A DNA stretch of 64,000 nt from Adineta vaga (lineage: Eukaryota > Animalia > Rotifera). Positions 36,252-49,475 of the stretch are shown here, one piece after another. Made by a program: the position numbers and the translations under genes. Position 1 is the first letter of the stretch, and each line of letters begins with the position of its first letter. The notes under the pieces were generated by a model. The model saw only the letters and a program-made list of their open reading frames with translations, had not been told where the DNA came from and searched no databases. Location of the stretch: NCBI GenBank assembly GCA_021613535.1, contig CP075494.1, positions 5,580,001 through 5,644,000 on the forward strand, written 5' to 3'.

Positions 36252-36573
36252 CGTTTTTCTTTTTGTATATTCAATAAAATTCAGAAGTTATGCTGATCTT
36301 TACTTTACAATTATCTTAAAATTTCAATCAATTCTGTTTCTAATTCATTGATTTACATAGTCAAATTACAGACTATACATTTTTTTCCGATGACCTACTT
36401 TCTCTATCTTTACATCATTTTTTTGGCATCATTAATATGGTTTGAAAAGAAGAAGAAAAAAAGAATTCTCTCTGTTTCTCTTTCTTTTAGAGTGTCGTCA
36501 AGACGAAGTCGCTTTTCACTTATAGTCTTTCAATAATTTTAAAAGAAAAAGAGAAAAATAAACGTCTTGAGCG

Positions 36574-38542
36574 ATGGCAATGAGCAAAGAATATACAGAA
36601 GATCTAATTTTAGCCGTTCAGCAGATTTGTTCTCCTGCATATCAAGAAGCATTCAAAGCTGTTACTAATGAACAATTCTCTTTCATCACAACCGAACAAC
36701 ACACTGTACTTGAATCTTATCCAAATACGATTGCGTGGTATGCAGGTGATCAACGTCAAACTATAATTGAGCAAATTCGACGTACACACTTGAAATGGTT
36801 TGATAATTGGCTTAATCAATATGGTACTGGCCAAGGATTAATCATTAAACAACAAATGCTTTTTAACCATGTCATGTTACATGTAGAAAACATATTATTT
36901 CGAATTGATCATGGTGATATACCTGCTACTGAAGAGACACGTAAAGATTTTTGCCAAATTGCCAATACTATTAAACATTGTCTACATACAATTAAAGAAT
37001 TAAATTTAACAGTTATTGATGAAGTAACTTCACCTTTTGTTGAACAACATCTGCAAATTCTCTTCTATTTTACTTTGGATAATGATCTTGTTATTCATCT
37101 CAAAAGACTTGAATTAGTTGATCTTGTAAATACATTCATACAGATAGCAAACGATCGGAAGGAGATCCTTCTAAATGCTTACCGAATTTTGGCAGTCTTA
37201 ATGACTGAAGCAGACATAAAACAATTACAAAACTCGAATAGAATCGCTTCTGTATTTATTCAATTTATTAGTAGTAGCATTAATGGCGGTGCCAGTACTC
37301 AAGATCGTTTACAGAATAATCTTCGAAGTCTCAATGGTAAGTTTAGACATATTTCAGTCGATTTTTCATACAGATTCACAATATTATTTAGTACTTACTC
37401 AACATGATGAAATTCGTGAAGAATTAATTAAACAAAATGGTCAGAAATATTTTCTTCGTTGTGCTCTTGAAGAAAAATTCGATCCAATCAAAGCGAAATT
37501 ACCAGCACTTTATATCCTTCTAACATTATCATTCAATGAAACTTTTGCGACAGCGCTAAAAACTAACACAAACTTTATGGAACATGTTCGTAAATTGAGT
37601 TTATCATCAAATGAAGATCTACAACGAGTTGCTACTGCGTTAATCTGGCAATTAGAAGAAAAATCCGAAAAAAAAGATAATCACAAAGAAAACAATTCGC
37701 AACCTTCTGTATCATCCATACCAACGAAGAAACAATACGATATTATGATTAGTTATTCTCATAGTGATAAAGAACTTTGCCATCAGATTGCGAAAAGTTT
37801 AGAACTAGATAATTTACGTATATGGATCGATTTTCAACAAATCCATGGTAATATGGCTGATACAATTGCGGAAGCAATTGAAAATTCTGAAGTTGTTCTT
37901 ATCTGTATGTCAAGTACTTATAAAGAAAGTTCTGTTTGTAAATCAGAAGCAACATATGCAGTTAAACGTGGTTGCCATATTATTCCACTTGTTATGACAC
38001 CTCAATATAAAGCAGATGGATGGCTTGGATTAGTAACTTCTAGTCTTATCTATGTTGATTTTAAAAAACTTCATTTCGATCAAGCTTATGAACAATTAAA
38101 ACATCAAATTCAACGTAATCGAACAAATCCTACGCAAGAACTACCAATCAAACAGCATCCATCGCAAGATGATCATAGTTCAGTGAACAATATCATTCTC
38201 AAAACATTTCCAACTGTAAATATTGTCAAAGAATATCCTCATTGTATTGATATGTGGACTGAAGATCATGTTAAATCGTTTTTAATCGAAAAGAAACTTC
38301 CTATTCTTCTCGGTGCATTCGAAGGAATGAACGGTCGTTTATTACATAGAGCTTACGACATGTGTCAATCAAATCAACAAGCCATGTTTTCATCACTTAA
38401 AGATGATATTCATCAATCGTCATATAGAGCTACTCTTACTTTAAAAGATTATCTTATTTTTTTAGAAGAAATCAAAGCTTATATACCATATAAACTTGGT
38501 CAGCAACTGAATCCAACCTCTGCTGTTTGTAATCTAATGTAA
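36574..38542 (+). CDS. ARM-like + TIR + SAM-like protein with C-terminal CaaX (intron 37337-37391)
   Basis: YDIMISYSHSDK, IWID, SSVCKSEATYA, DGWLG and IDMWTEDHVKSFL. The protein ends CNLM*. Confidence 0.88.
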
Positions 38543-38761
38543 TAGTCGATTCTTTTTTTGTTTAATATTTGTTTGAGAAAAAAAAATAAATATGTCGATC
38601 ATTTTTTTCTTCTTCTGAAATACAGAACGAAAAAAGCGTCAGGTTTGTTTTCTTTTCTCCGTTGTTGCACAATCATTCGTCAGTCACGTTGAATCGTTCG
38701 TTTTGCCACAAAAATAATAAATACTTGTGCAAGTCGATTCAGGCATCAATCAAAAGCAAAA

Positions 38762-40400
38762 ATGAGTGAAAACAACACAGACGATGATGAATGTTTTTAT
38801 AATATGTCCGAAGTATTACCAAATTCACCATCCAAACTCGACGGCAACGAACCAATTACACCTGGAGATGAATTTGATGAAAATTTCTATGAAATTGATG
38901 AAGATGTGAAAGATAAAGATATTCAAGCATATATCGATGAACCAATAACTCCCGGTGATGATATTAGTCCAAATTTTCATTATACAGTCTTAACTTCGAA
39001 TGAATATGTTACATTAATGATGAAATATGTTGATGAAGTCAAAGATATTCTTCAATTATCATCGTCTATAGTGAAACTTTTATTGCATCATTTCAAATGG
39101 AATAAACAACGATTATTAGAAAAATTCTATGAAATGGATTCAAATGAATTCTTTCAACAAGCAAAAATTATTAATCCATTTTCACAAACAATCGTTACAT
39201 CTGAAGAATCGACAGCGATGAATATTTGTTTAATTTGTTGTTCCGATGAAGAGAAACAAATGTTTAATTTAGAATGTAAACATACATTTTGTAATGATTG
39301 TTGGAAGAATTATTTAATTAATCAAATTGTTAATCAAGGTCTTGCAGAAACGATTGTTTGTCCTGATTCTGAATGTGAAATTCTTGTTGATGAAGATACA
39401 ATTCTAAAATTTTTAGATAATAATGAATTTGTTCAACATATTTATTCGAAAATTATATTAAACTCATATGTTGATAATAATCCACGGGCTCGTTGGTGTC
39501 CAGGAAAGAATTGCGATCGAATTATTAATTCATCATCTTTAACATCAGCATATAATTATGCACAATTGATAACGTGTAATCATTGTCAAATATCATTTTG
39601 TTTTCAATGTTCACAACCGTGGCATGATCCAATCAAATGTGTCTTATTATTACAATGGAATAAGAAATTATTTGATGATAGTGAAACAATTATTTGGTTA
39701 AAAGCAAATACAAGATCTTGTCCAAAATGTCAAATTAATATAGAAAAAAATGGAGGTTGTAATCATATGACTTGTCGAAGTTGTTCACATGAATTTTGTT
39801 GGTTATGTTTCGGTAAGAATTTAACGTGATAGATTTGCTCAAAACACATCGATTTTCTTTTAAGGCGATTGGAATAAGCATTCAGAATGTAATCGTTTCA
39901 ATGAACCCACAAGGACTGATAAAGTTCAAGAACAATATGCTCTTGCGCTAAGTCGTTATCTTCATTATCATGATCGTTTTCGTGCTCATGAACATTCTTA
40001 TGAATTAGAATCGAAATTATATAAAAAAATTCAACGAAAATTACTTCGAAATAAAGAACAATTATCAATTAATGATATACAGATAATTAATAAAGCATTT
40101 AAAATTTTATTAGATTGTCGACAAACCTTAACGTATACCTATCCATTCGCATATTATCTCTTAAAAAATAATCAATCAGATGTATTCGAACAAAATCAAG
40201 CTGATTTAGAACGTGGATGTGAAGAATTAAGTGAACTTTTAGAAAAAGATTTCTTTAAAGAAAATGTTTTAGACAATGTTCGAAAAAAAGTATCAGATAA
40301 ACTGATTTATTGTAATGCACAAAAATGTGCTTTATTAAAACATGTGAAAGATGGTTATATCAATAGTTATTGGCAATATATTGATGATACAAATAAATAA
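38762..40400 (+). CDS. Ariadne-family RBR E3 ubiquitin ligase (intron 39813-39864)
   Basis: Acidic N-terminus, RING1 (CLICC..CKHTFCNDCW), IBR, RING2 CPKCQINIEKNGGCNHMTC, and Ariadne domain CRQTLTYTYPFAYY..FEQNQADLE. Confidence 0.93.
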
Positions 40401-40635
40401 ACATTTCTTTTTTTCTTTTTTGAATAAATAAATTTGATCATGCACGTAGATTTATCATTTCTGTTTTTTCATTGATAGTGTACAGTGTACGTCTTACCTG
40501 TATAATACTCTAAGTGGTTAAATAGACACACGAGTTTACATCATGAAATGCATTATCGATAAAGAGTATATACTTATTTATAGTTATAATGAAACCTCTC
40601 GATTTTGATCTACCTCAAGATATATTTAGTTTTAG

Positions 40636-41528
40636 ATGACTCAAAATGCTCTCGTTACTGGTGCCGCACGAGGTATTGGACGTGCTATTGCACTTCGTTT
40701 AGCTAAAGATGGTCTGAATGTTGCTGTGAATGATACCAAAGCCAATGCTTCTGAACTTGAACAGACACGACAAGAAATCGAACAACTTGACCGACATTCA
40801 TATTCGATTATAGCAGATGTTTCCAATGATACACAAGTTGAAAATATGATGCGAAATACTGCACAAAAATTGGGTAGTTTGAATGTATGTACACTTATCA
40901 ATAGAATATGTTGTTGTTGTTGTTATTGTTGTTTTTTCAATCAATAGGTAGCTATTGCTAATGCTGGAATTGCTCAAGTAAAACCATTACTTGAAATAAC
41001 AACTGAAGATTGGGATAAAATGTTTGCTGTGAATTTGCGTGGTGTATTTCTTTGTTATCGAGAAGCTGCGAAGATTATGATTGAACAAGGAAAAGGAGGG
41101 AAAATTATTGGAGCTTGTAGTATTGTTGGTTACAAGCCATTTCCAATGCTAAGTCATTATTCTGCAACTAAATGGGGTGTTCGTGGTCTTACACAAGCAG
41201 CTGCAATGCAGTTAGCTCAATATAAAATTACAGTAAATGCTTATTGTCCTGGTATGTTTTTGAAGGCTATATGGAATATTTAATTAAGAATTAACTTATA
41301 GGAATTGTTGGTACAGCAATGTGGGATTTAATTGATGAAAAATTAGCTAAATATGAAAATAAAGAAAAAGGAAAAGTTATTGAAGAATATACAAATAAAC
41401 TTATTGCTCTTGGTCGTACTAGTGTTCCTGAAGATGTAGCAAATTTTGTTTCATATTTAGCTAGTTCAGATTCAGATTATATGACTGGACAAAGCGTGAT
41501 GATCGATGGTGGAGTCCAATTTTCTTAA
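40636..41528 (+). CDS. Acetoin/diacetyl reductase-type SDR, copy 1 (introns 40885-40947, 41252-41301)
   Basis: [33 protein letters not shown] and YMTGQS motifs. Confidence 0.9.
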
Positions 41529-41996
41529 CTGACAAAAAAGTAATATGACATTATGATTTATAAAAAAAAATATCAATTTCTCCTCTTTTGATTTTTTTGT
41601 AATAAAACATGAAATGTATTTTGATCTTTTTTGCATTCAGTTTTAAGTACGAAAATGTGTCTGGATGTCAAATGTGGATAAAACAAACGCCAGGTAAATT
41701 TACCATCTCATCATTAATGTGTTGTGCAATATAGCATGTTTTTCGTACATAAATAAGGATGATTGGTGACAAACAAAGGAATCTCATATTTACCTTCGTT
41801 TAAACATAGAAAATATTTTGATGATTGTATGAAGAACCAGTCTTCTAGTCCAATTGAATTCGATTCGTCGCACAATAAATATCATGCACATCTGTGTTGA
41901 GTAATATTATTTTTTTATGCAAATAAAAGAGGCTAGTATTGGCTATTATGGTTAATATGTGAAATGTTCTTTATGTTTTAGTTTACCTGAATAAAG

Positions 41997-42890
41997 ATGT
42001 CAAGAAATGCTCTTGTTACTGGTGCTGCACGAGGTATTGGACGTGCCATTGCACTTCGTCTTGCTGAAGATGGTCTAAATGTTGCTGTGAATGATCTTGA
42101 TGTAATGTCTGATGAACTTGAAGAAACAAAACGAGAAATTGAAAAATGTGGTAGAAAATCGATAACAATCATAGCGGATGTTTCCAATGATAAACAAGTT
42201 GAAACCATGATGAAAACTGTCACTAAAGAATTAGGTAGTCTGGATGTATGTACTCTCTACACATTTATTTATTTTTTTTTAATGAACTGATTTATTGAAT
42301 ATGATAGGTCGTTGTTGCAAATGCTGGAATTGGTCAAGCTAAACCCTTCATTGAAATAACTACGGAAGAATGGGATAACATGTTTGCTGTCAATGTACGT
42401 GGTATTTTTCTTTGTTATCGAGAAGCTGCGAAGATTATGATTGAACAAGGAAAAGGTGGCAAAATTATTGGGGCATGTAGCGCTGTTGCACATAGAACAT
42501 TTCCATTGATGGGTCATTATATTGCTAGTAAATGGAGTGTTCGTGGTCTTACACAAGCAGCTGCGATGGAATTGGGAAAATATAACATTACAGTAAATGC
42601 TTATTGTCCTGGTAAGTGTTAAACTTTAGTCAAGAGAAATATTATATCGACGTTTTCATTACATAGGAGTTGTTGATACACCGTTGATGAATGCTCAAAG
42701 TGAAGAATTCGCTAAATTACAAAACACAACAAAAGAAGAAGTGATAAAAAGTTTCGCTCAAATCACTACTCTTGGTCGTACAAGTGTACCAAAAGATGTA
42801 GCAAATTTCGTTTCATTTTTAGCTAGTAGAAATTCGGATTATATGACCGGACAGAGTATTATTGTTGATGGTGGAATTGCTTTTTCTTAA
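41997..42890 (+). CDS. Acetoin/diacetyl reductase-type SDR, copy 2 (introns 42246-42307, 42612-42666)
   Basis: Same motifs (YIASK) and same intron positions as copy 1. Confidence 0.9.
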
Positions 42891-43179
42891 TTTGTACTAT
42901 TATGTGTGCTAATAAACATTTGTTTATAATAATGAACAGTAATGATGTCAATGTCAATAGGCAAAAACATGTTTCTCTTTTGTTTTTTGCTTTATCGAGA
43001 CGTGAAAGAAGCGAACAAAGTACACGTGTTTCTTTTCCGTGTATTTCACAAGTAGATGTAATACAATGAATCATTTGGATGAAAAGAAAAAAAAAACTAA
43101 GTGGTGACAACCGATAAACATTTGACAAAAGTGAGAAATATTGCTAACGAAACGAAATTTTCCTCAGTTTGATTAAAAC

Positions 43180-44061
43180 ATGACGAATGTCAATGAAGAA
43201 CTATATGAAGAAGAAGAAGAAGATACAACACCAGTTTATGAAAATGAAAAATTAGATATACTTATTCGACAAATGCGCCTATGTAAAACAGCAACATTTT
43301 ATGTTGAAACATTATCGAATGATGACATACGATTGATTGCTGATGAAGTAAGAATCAATCAACGTTGGAATACTTTGCGTATTATTGGTCATAATCAAGT
43401 TCAATTAGATGGTGCACAATATCTTTTCGATGCATTAGCAGCTAATCCAGCATTAAAAAGTCTTCATCTGGGTGGAAATTCTCTAGGTGATGCTGGAGTA
43501 TCAATATTTATCCCATTGTTATCATCGAATATGACTATAACGGAATTAATTTTAACAGATAATCAAATAACAGAAGTTGGTGGACAAATAATTGCTGACA
43601 TGCTCCGAGTAAATTCAACACTGATGACTCTTGTACTTCATGGAAATCCATTATTGGATGCTGGTGTAGTATCGATCGTTGAAACACTTCATCGAAATCG
43701 AACAATGACTGTTTTGAAATTAACTCGAACGTCAATGACTGATCTTGGTGCACAAAAAATAGCATTAATGCTTCAATCAAAACCAACAATGGAAGTCCTA
43801 TCGCTTGATAGTAATGATATCAGTGATGTAGGAATGCAGGCAATTTGTTTAGCGTTGGAAGAAAATCAAACGTTGAAATGTCTTAATATTCGACAAAATC
43901 AAATTACTGATAAAAGTCTGGATACTATCGTTAAAATGCTTGAGACCAAACGAATATTCGATCGATTAGATCTAGCACGTAATCAATTTAGTGATCAAGC
44001 CAAAGAAACTATCCGACAAACAAATACAAATATCAACACTGTTAAAAGTCTTATATTGTAG
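43180..44061 (+). CDS. Stand-alone RNI-like (NLRC3-type) leucine-rich repeat protein
   Basis: 28-residue repeats LxxLxLxxNxIxDxGxxxI. Confidence 0.88.
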   Translation: MTNVNEELYEEEEEDTTPVYENEKLDILIRQMRLCKTATFYVETLSNDDIRLIADEVRINQRWNTLRIIGHNQVQLDGAQYLFDALAANPALKSLHLGGNSLGDAGVSIFIPLLSSNMTITELILTDNQITEVGGQIIADMLRVNSTLMTLVLHGNPLLDAGVVSIVETLHRNRTMTVLKLTRTSMTDLGAQKIALMLQSKPTMEVLSLDSNDISDVGMQAICLALEENQTLKCLNIRQNQITDKSLDTIVKMLETKRIFDRLDLARNQFSDQAKETIRQTNTNINTVKSLIL

Positions 44062-44557
44062 ATCTCGTAGATCGAATTAGACTATTCACATGTTTGTTGT
44101 TTTGTTTTAGACACGATTAATTTTCTTTTATGTATATATATTTTTCATAAAACGGAATGTTTTCTCTTCAGAAGCTTTCTTTTATAGAAAAGTAGCAGTT
44201 AAAATTGCGCAAGGTCATTAACTCATCCCGATGCAGATAATTTTTTTTTCTTTCTTCCTGTCATTGAATGATGATTATCTTCGTCCTAATACAATCCTAC
44301 GTTTGTCTTCTTCACGCAACACATACATAAATATACACTCTATGAATAATTGAAAAGGAATGTAGAATTACCTTCAAAACATGTATACATATTTATCATC
44401 CGATTAAAAAGAGACAAAGAACAATTTAACGACCTCAAATCTTTACTTACATATTTCAATAGAATAAATGATTAATTTCTTCTACAGAGAGAGATTCTAT
44501 CATTATCCATCACAAATATATATAGATATATAATTAAAATAGACTGTCGACACTTCA

Positions 44558-44908
44558 ATGATGGCCTCCTATCATACAGAAACACCGGAAACTGTATACA
44601 TCTCTTCTGCTCATCATATCAATCCAATTGTTGAAATTGAAAAAGTTCGTGATTGGTTACCATGGTCAGTCGTAAATATATTTGTTGGATGGGGTATTGG
44701 TGGTCTACTTCCACTCATCTTTACATTATTATGTCGAAATGATAAACAAAGAAATGATTTACAAGGAGCTCGAACAATGAGTACATTATCATTAGTATTC
44801 AATATTATTATAACATTAACTGGAATAGCTGGATGGATTTGTTTGATTGTTTTACTAGTCAACGCTCGGCGACTATATGATATGTATTATACAAATTATT
44901 CATACTGA
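44558..44908 (+). CDS. CD225/dispanin (IFITM-like) small membrane protein
   Basis: DWLPWSVVNIF..LIFTLLCR..NDLQGARTMS followed by a second hydrophobic segment. Confidence 0.75.
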   Translation: MMASYHTETPETVYISSAHHINPIVEIEKVRDWLPWSVVNIFVGWGIGGLLPLIFTLLCRNDKQRNDLQGARTMSTLSLVFNIIITLTGIAGWICLIVLLVNARRLYDMYYTNYSY

Positions 44909-46559
44909 TTCGAAATAGTTATTTGATAATCGCTCTTACAGAACTTCTCTTCTTGTGTGTATTATGTAAGTGAATTCAAAATATAAACTGAAATGATAAA
45001 TAAAAGCATCAATGTCCAAGTCATACGACTATCATCACTTCCTATGATCAAAGTGTGACATGAAGTCGACGTCTTGTCGTGTACCATATTTTAATTTTTT
45101 GTATTATTTTGATAATTCAAGGTGATCACCAGCGTAATACAATAGCTAATCTTTCATGTAGATCAATTAAAGTAGTTGCAACATAAAGTAAATTGGCATG
45201 TTCGACATACGAACATGAACAAAAACTATAGACATGCATTGATGAAAATAATGATCATAATGAATTTCTTGATATGTAATTAATCGAACAAACGCTATAG
45301 GTGCGTATAAACGTCCTGTAATGCAGGAATTTGAAATAAATGAACGAATAGCAGAATCCATTTGTGTCACAGATTGTTGACACACGCTATGTATTGGTAA
45401 CAAAAATAAAAGAACATTTTGCATAGTTAATTCCCTTTTAGCAAGTATAGAGAGTTAAATAAAAAGCGAACTTATGTACAATCTTGTAGCATATCGACAT
45501 AGATTTTCTACTGCATTGTGATTGATATTGTCATTAATAAAATGTTGATCAAACATACGAAGGTTGATTACTCGTCATACGTACGATTTTAAGCCATCTT
45601 TGATAATATTTCGAAAAAGATTGATCAAAGACAGACGTTCTAATAAGGAAAGTATGTACTTATATTCATTGTTGATCAAATAGTAATGATACTTAGGAGA
45701 TTGGTTTCCTATAGGCATGCTTTGACGATCTTTGAGAGTGTGGATGGGTGTGAGAGTGTTGGTGTAAATCAGTATTTATAGCCATATTTACCCACACTCT
45801 CAAGATGGGAAGATATGATTTTTGTTCACACGCCAAATTTACATATTCTTGATATTCAACTGCATCATATCGATAAAATAATACAGATTTCATCTTATAT
45901 TGTTCCGACAGAAATCATATTAATGAATTTAAAAAGAATAAAGACTTGTAAAAATTCATTTTTGTGTATTAAATCGTATGAGTGCACCAGAAAGGTCTTC
46001 GATACTCTCCACTATTAATTCAGTAGCGGAAAAAATTCTTCCATTATAGTAAAAATATGTAAATGCAATTAAAACGAAATTTCTTAGGAAATATTTGCTT
46101 TACTGATAAAGCAATGCATATTCATCGGGCTTTTTCTCTAAAATTGACTAGTTGATACATCTTAGGACAAGTGTTAACAAAAATCCATATAATTTAACTA
46201 ATTAAGAGAAGATTAATAGGTGGATCAGTAATGGGCGAGTGAGAATGACCTTCACTAAAGAAATAATGATCGATTCGTTTCCAAAATGTAAGATCTCAGC
46301 AATTAATTTATGTTTCTCAAAAATAGTCTATAATATGTTCCTAACAAGACAAGTGCTAAATTTTTAATCACATTTTGATTTTCGCTTTCTAAGATGAGAA
46401 TATCGTAAACTTGCGGTTATTCGACATATTTTAATAGTCATTTATTTTAACTCGTTTTATAAGTAGAGCAAACAAGGATCTAATTTTAAAAGAATTTTCG
46501 ACCAATTTTTAACAATTTTTTGGGAAAAAAGAATAATGCTAATAGGTTTCTCTTTTTCA

Positions 46560-47248
46560 GTCGAACACATTTCAAATTTTATTGTCATGAAGACAATGAA
46601 TTATGTTCAACAAACTGCCTTTAATTCAGTTGAACACGTTCACATTTATGGTGATAGTTTAAATAATACTAGGAAGAAATATTTTATAAATACCCATGTC
46701 GAGTAGTTTGGGTCGGATCCGGCAGGTGTATTCATCCAGTTTTCTCCGGAACTGAGTAAAACTGGTCGCGGGAACCGGAATCATTGTTCTGGGTGCTAAG
46801 TAAATTAACGACAGATTATGATGTCGAAACATGTCATTCGTTAACAAAAATATTAAATGAAATTATTCCCTTATATCAAATTAGAACGTTAAATATCATA
46901 TATGTTGATTTAGATGATGATGTACTTGAAAATATCCTTTCTCATGTAAATAATTTACATATGATTAAAATAGATTCATTAAATTTAAATAATCCAAGTG
47001 AATATTCAAGCAGTAATTCTGTGGTCCCTTTATGTGAAAGAACAGAAAACAAAGCAAACATTTTTTCACATTGATTGTAATTGTACGTTGGAGATTGTTA
47101 AGTTGATAGTTGAATTATTTCTATAAGCTTATTAAATACATCGAAAATATATTTGAAAGAAATAATTGAAACTATCAAAAGAAAAGATTTATTTGAAGAT
47201 TTTGTTTTTAATATTAGGAATCATAATTTATATTTGTGGTGGCGTAGA
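46560..47248 (+). pseudogene. Remnant of the C-terminal part of an F-box/LRR-like multigene family member
   Basis: Fragments FNSVEHVHIY..KYFIN, LNEIIPLYQIRTLNI and FVFNIRNHNLYLWW are separated by stops, frameshifts and an insertion. Confidence 0.5.
46692..46794. mobile_element. Short GC-rich MITE-like insertion
   Basis: ACCCA...TGGGT inverted ends and an internal hairpin CCAGTTTT..AAAACTGG. About 50% GC in a roughly 25% GC context. It interrupts the pseudogene frame. Confidence 0.45.
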
Positions 47249-47439
47249 TGTTTCAATCTTCATCTTTTTATTGTATATAATTAATAATTAGATTTAATAA
47301 ATACAGATTTTTAATTGTTTATATTTTCAAATTTTTTTATTGATTTTAATTAATGTCAACGGACTGTGACACATCGGTGTAGATTATCGTATTTTGATTT
47401 TCGTTAAGCTTTGTCTCGCTCAAGTAGACTGTGATTCTT

Positions 47440-47730
47440 TCACGTCATAAATTGACTGTCCAAATGTGTTTGATTAATATTTTCATATGTGTGATACATG
47501 ACTCATGAAGGTGAAGTTCAAAGCGATCGTCTTGATTTATATGTAAAAGAAACTTTTACATACATTCTCTTCCATCTTAAACAACTGAGACAGCCAGTCT
47601 ATATTCTTCTTCTTCCTCATCCAATAGATTCCTAGGTCATGACATGAATAATCGTTCTTATTCTATTGGCTCCGTGAATAGATGCTGACGTCATGACGTA
47701 TTTTTTCTCTATCTGCATAAACTGACTCAT
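47440..47730 (+). promoter_or_regulatory. Cluster of bZIP-type sites upstream of AIM24
   Basis: TGACTCA at 47499 and 47723, TGACGTCA at 47686, CCAAT/ATTGG at about 47621 and 47665. Confidence 0.35.
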
Positions 47731-47861
47731 TTTTTTCCCGTCTCAATTCAAATTCGTATATATATATATATATACATAAGGTTTAAGTTGTGTGTAGTCG
47801 TCATCTTATCACATAGAAGTAAAAAAGAACGTTCTAGCTCGCTATACATTCTCACAAATAA

Positions 47862-48703
47862 ATGGCTACAGCACACCCATCTCTTTCAAATAGTTTAGCC
47901 GATACTGTAGGACAGTTTAATGGTGGTTTTTATAAAATCGATCATCGTGATACGAATGCACTTCTTTCCGTAACACTGCAGCCAAATGTACCATTCTATG
48001 GTCAACCTGGTGCCATGGTTGCTATGAGTCCAGAAATAACATTAAAAGGAAAATTCAAATTTTCATTCAAGAAAATGTTAACTGGTGGAGAGATGGCTCA
48101 ATCCACATTTACAGGTCCAGGAGAAGTCTTACTTGCTCCACCTATTTGGTAAGATCATCTTCCATTTCAGTCAAATTCTTTTATTTACGATTTTATTTTT
48201 CTTTTTCCAGGGGTGATATCGTTCCTATTCAATTGGACGGTCAAAGTCAATGGAATATTGGTAAAGGTGGTTATTTAGCTATGAGTCATGGTGTTGTTAA
48301 AGAAACAAAGTCACAAGGATTGGGAAAAGCTATGTTTTCTGGAGAGGGTCTTTTTGTTCATCGTGTATCAGGTGTTGGAGTTATTTTTGTTACTTCACTT
48401 GGTGCAATTATTCAACGTCAATTAAGACAAGGTGAACAATGGATTGTTGATAATGGACATTTAGTTGCATGGAATTGTTCTTATTCAATTGAACGAACTG
48501 GTGGTGGACTTATGAGTGGATTACATGCTGGTGAAGGTCTTGTTTGTAGATTTACTGGTCCTGGTACAGTTTTTATTCAAGTAAATTATAAAAGCGAAAT
48601 CATTATAATTCGATAAATGTATATATTTCTTTACTTGTAGACACGAAATCCGGAAGCTTTATCTGAATGGATCACAAGTCATGTATCTTCATCAAGCAAT
48701 TGA
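47862..48703 (+). CDS. AIM24 (TRAP-like fold) family protein (introns 48149-48210, 48581-48640)
   Basis: PGAMVAMS, FTGPGEVLLAP, FSGEGLF, VDNGHLVAW and GEGLVCRFTGPGTVFIQTRN motifs. Confidence 0.88.
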
Positions 48704-49475
48704 TTTCAATGTACATCATTTAGCTCTAATATTTTGAATTGATTTTTTTGCTTTTATTTTCTATGGCTATATTCATTATACTTAAATATATATTCGATAT
48801 GGGGGAAATAAGCTAAACTATTGCTTTGTCAAAAATAATAACATGACATAAGATCTTTTGTTCTATGAATTGTTGTTAAAAACTGGTACGCACTTTCGTC
48901 AAAGCTATCGTATTGTTTGATGAACAAGTTTTAAAATTGAAGAAAAAAAAACAGATTCTTGCAAAGTATAACTATTTCCTCTTTTTCTACAGTGTTTGAC
49001 TGTCTTCGTCGAATCAGATTGATTAGTCTGAGTGTAAGAAACATTGGTACTAATCGAACTGATTTTTGATGACATCTGTGTATCTATTTCAATCATTATT
49101 ATCTGGATATATTGATAATACGTGAATTATTCTACATTAATTATATTATTTAGAGACTAGAAAAGCAACATTCCAGTATTAGATCTAATTATTGAAAACT
49201 TATTCGAAAAGTAAGGAGGTCATTGTGGAGAAGTAATGTTGTTCTATTTAGCTATAGTTTGTTTTTCCATCTGTATTGATGATTCATCGAGTTCTTAGAA
49301 AGAAATCAAGTATGCATTTTTCTTTCTTTCTCTTCTCGTTGATGTATACTGCTTCCATCTCTTGTTGTTTGTTGTTATTGCGTTTCTATTCTTTAATATA
49401 TTTTTATTCTTTATTCAGATTCAGCAGATTATTTATAGCACATCAATTCTTTCTTACAAACTCAACTAAACAAAT

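Noticed and set aside
37283-37407. Apparent programmed frameshift in the TIR gene (and similarly in the sialidase and AIM24 genes)
   Set aside because: Explained by short GT-AG introns.
45167-46018. Short ORFs and possible pseudogene fragments at 45.2-46.0 kb and 53.2-54.0 kb
   Set aside because: No recognisable protein motif could be supported.
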